A stretch of DNA of 64,000 nt from Candidatus Latescibacterota bacterium (GTDB lineage: Bacteria > Latescibacterota > CBDEFO01), in contig OZ252149.1 of NCBI GenBank assembly GCA_965248755.1, forward strand, positions 608,001 through 672,000. The letters run 5' to 3'. A model generated the notes under the pieces. It had not been told where the DNA came from and made no database searches. It saw only the letters and a program-made list of their open reading frames with translations. Made by a program: the position numbers and the translations under genes. Shown one piece after another: positions 62,149-64,000 of this stretch. Within the stretch, counting starts at the first letter, position 1, and each line of letters begins with the position of its first letter.

Positions 62149-63143
62149 TGGGGTTACCACTGTTGCCCACGACTGGGGTCGGCTCCTTTCCAAAACTTGA
62201 CTATGTGACTCGAGCCAGAGGCCAGCTGGATGAGAACAGTAAGAGAGCATCGGAAGAATTTATCAGACGTCAAGAAGCTCTGGGTGTTGATGTCCTTGTT
62301 GACGGAGAAATTTATCGAGGAGATATGGCCACTGATTATGCTCGTGCATTAAGTCTCCCGATAGCAGATTGGACAAGATCTTATGGCAATAGATTTTGGA
62401 AAAAAGGAACAGTAGATAGACCGTTAAAAAGAACAGGGGCAATCCAGGTAGAACAGTTTGAGTATGCACAGGGTCTTGCAAGAAGACCCGTAAAAGCTAT
62501 GCTAACTGGGCCTACTACACTTAGCAATTGGAATTTTGATAACCACTATAAGGATAGGGAAAAGCTTGTACGGGCATGGGCTGAAGTTATAAGGGAAGAA
62601 GCATTGGCTCTTGAAAAGGCTGGCGCAGAATACATTCAAGTGGATGAGCCAGCTGTTGCAGAAAGATTTTTGGAAATCGACTTGTTTAAAGAGGGCTTGA
62701 GAACAGTAACCGAAGATCTGAATGCATACACGATTACCCACATTTGTTATAGCGATTTTCCTGAAGTTTACCCATACATGCGTGACCTACCTGTCGATCA
62801 AATAGATATTGAATTATCGAGTGAGCTCGATTTAGGGTTAGAAAGATCTGATTTACTAAGAATGATGAAAAAAGACCCTTTAACGAATTACAAGGATGTT
62901 GCTGTTGGTGTAATTGATGTTAGGCCTGGTATTGCCGTGGAGGATGTTGACACTGTCGTTAGAAGAATTAACACAGCATTAGATGTTCTTGCCCCTACAG
63001 CAGAAACCTTAAAGCGAATTTGGATAGACCCTGACTGTGGATTTAGGACAACTAAGGATATTGACATTGCATATTCAAAAATGAATGTTATGATGGAGGC
63101 TGTCAACCAGATAAGACAGAGTTTAAGTAAAAATGATAACTAA
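62148..63143 (+). CDS. MetE C-terminal-like catalytic subunit
   Basis: TTGVGSFP, DGEIYRGDM, RSYG, TGPTT, QVDEP, THICYS, DPDCGF. Confidence 0.85.
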   Translation: MGLPLLPTTGVGSFPKLDYVTRARGQLDENSKRASEEFIRRQEALGVDVLVDGEIYRGDMATDYARALSLPIADWTRSYGNRFWKKGTVDRPLKRTGAIQVEQFEYAQGLARRPVKAMLTGPTTLSNWNFDNHYKDREKLVRAWAEVIREEALALEKAGAEYIQVDEPAVAERFLEIDLFKEGLRTVTEDLNAYTITHICYSDFPEVYPYMRDLPVDQIDIELSSELDLGLERSDLLRMMKKDPLTNYKDVAVGVIDVRPGIAVEDVDTVVRRINTALDVLAPTAETLKRIWIDPDCGFRTTKDIDIAYSKMNVMMEAVNQIRQSLSKNDN

Positions 63144-63277
63144 CACAAATGTTAAAGCTATATACGAAACAAGAAGATCGAATGGAACCAGCATAAAGCG
63201 CAAGTCACTAACTATGAATTAAAGAGATACTTACCTATTCTTTAGGTACAGGAGTTTACTCGTAGGAGAAGTTACCG

Positions 63278-64000
63278 TTGCCAAAGTTTACTACCGGACT
63301 TTACGATTCTAGGTTTGAACATGATGCATGTGGTGTTGGATTAGTTGCCAACATAACAGGCAAGAAGACACACGCTATTCTTGAAAAGGGCATCGAAGTG
63401 CTTGTTAACCTAGCTCACAGGGGTGCGTGTGGTTGTGATCCGTTGACTGGGGATGGTGCTGGGATACTGATACAGGTACCACATGAGTTTTTAAAGAAAG
63501 AATGCCCCTGCTTGGGCATTAATCTACCAGGGTTAGGTGATTATGGGGTCGGCATGGTTTTCTTACCACCAGGCTCGTCACAGAGACAGATATGTGAGGA
63601 TGTGGTCGAGGGAGTCATAGAGGATGAAGGACAACGTTTCCTGGGTTGGCGTGATGTCCCTGTGAATGATTCTGAGATTGGCTATGTGGCTAAGGAATCA
63701 CAGCCCTTTATCCGTCAGGTATTCATCGGTCGTGGTCCCGGAATAGAAAGCGAAGCTCACTTTGAGCGCAAACTGTATGTTGTCAGGAAGATGATTGAAC
63801 GTGCAGTCAGCCAAATGGGTGATGATGTTCAGAATCATTTTTACATCCCGAGTCTCTCTTCAAACCGTTTGGTTTATAAAGGGCTGCTTATTGGCACACA
63901 GCTAAGAGGGTTTTACCCGGACCTATCAGACCCAGATATGTCCAGTGCCTTCGCAATGGTTCATGCTCGATTCAGTACTAACACTTTGGGTTCCTGGAGA
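63278..64000 (+). CDS. gltB: Glutamate synthase large subunit (5' part, runs off the window)
   Basis: Manual translation from TTG after AGGAG: GLYDSRFEHDACGVG, HRGACGCDPLTGDGAG, HARFSTNT. Confidence 0.95.
   Translation, partial: MPKFTTGLYDSRFEHDACGVGLVANITGKKTHAILEKGIEVLVNLAHRGACGCDPLTGDGAGILIQVPHEFLKKECPCLGINLPGLGDYGVGMVFLPPGSSQRQICEDVVEGVIEDEGQRFLGWRDVPVNDSEIGYVAKESQPFIRQVFIGRGPGIESEAHFERKLYVVRKMIERAVSQMGDDVQNHFYIPSLSSNRLVYKGLLIGTQLRGFYPDLSDPDMSSAFAMVHARFSTNTLGSWR

Overview
Bacterial DNA, mostly mid-GC. PorV-like genes, 'YPNPF' C-terminal sorting domains, cohesin/dockerin and FG-GAP proteins suggest an FCB-related lineage such as Latescibacterota or KSB1 (inference only). The first ~2.9 kb is much higher in GC (TonB-dependent receptor, toxin-antitoxin debris) and is joined to the rest by an IS1595-family element without a target duplication. 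The main discovery is a 7,360-bp IS1380-family one-ended transposition unit (10632-17991): the IS plus ~5.7 kb of captured chromosomal genes, ending at a degenerate secondary right end and flanked by a TTTGA duplication. It splits a secreted FG-GAP/cohesin/dockerin gene whose halves rejoin in frame. Other notable signals: a (CTGTCTA)n heptamer forming part of the signal peptides of five exported proteins; nested palindromic repeat families; a sigma54-driven structured transcript candidate; a MoaD/ThiS protein with a masked GG coupled to a sigma-70 gene heading an Mrp/OFOR/ferredoxin/map/ptsI run; an Xdh-AorABC cluster; a ~600-bp tandem duplication; and a split MetE beside YitJ. All calls come from motif recognition by eye; no searches were run.
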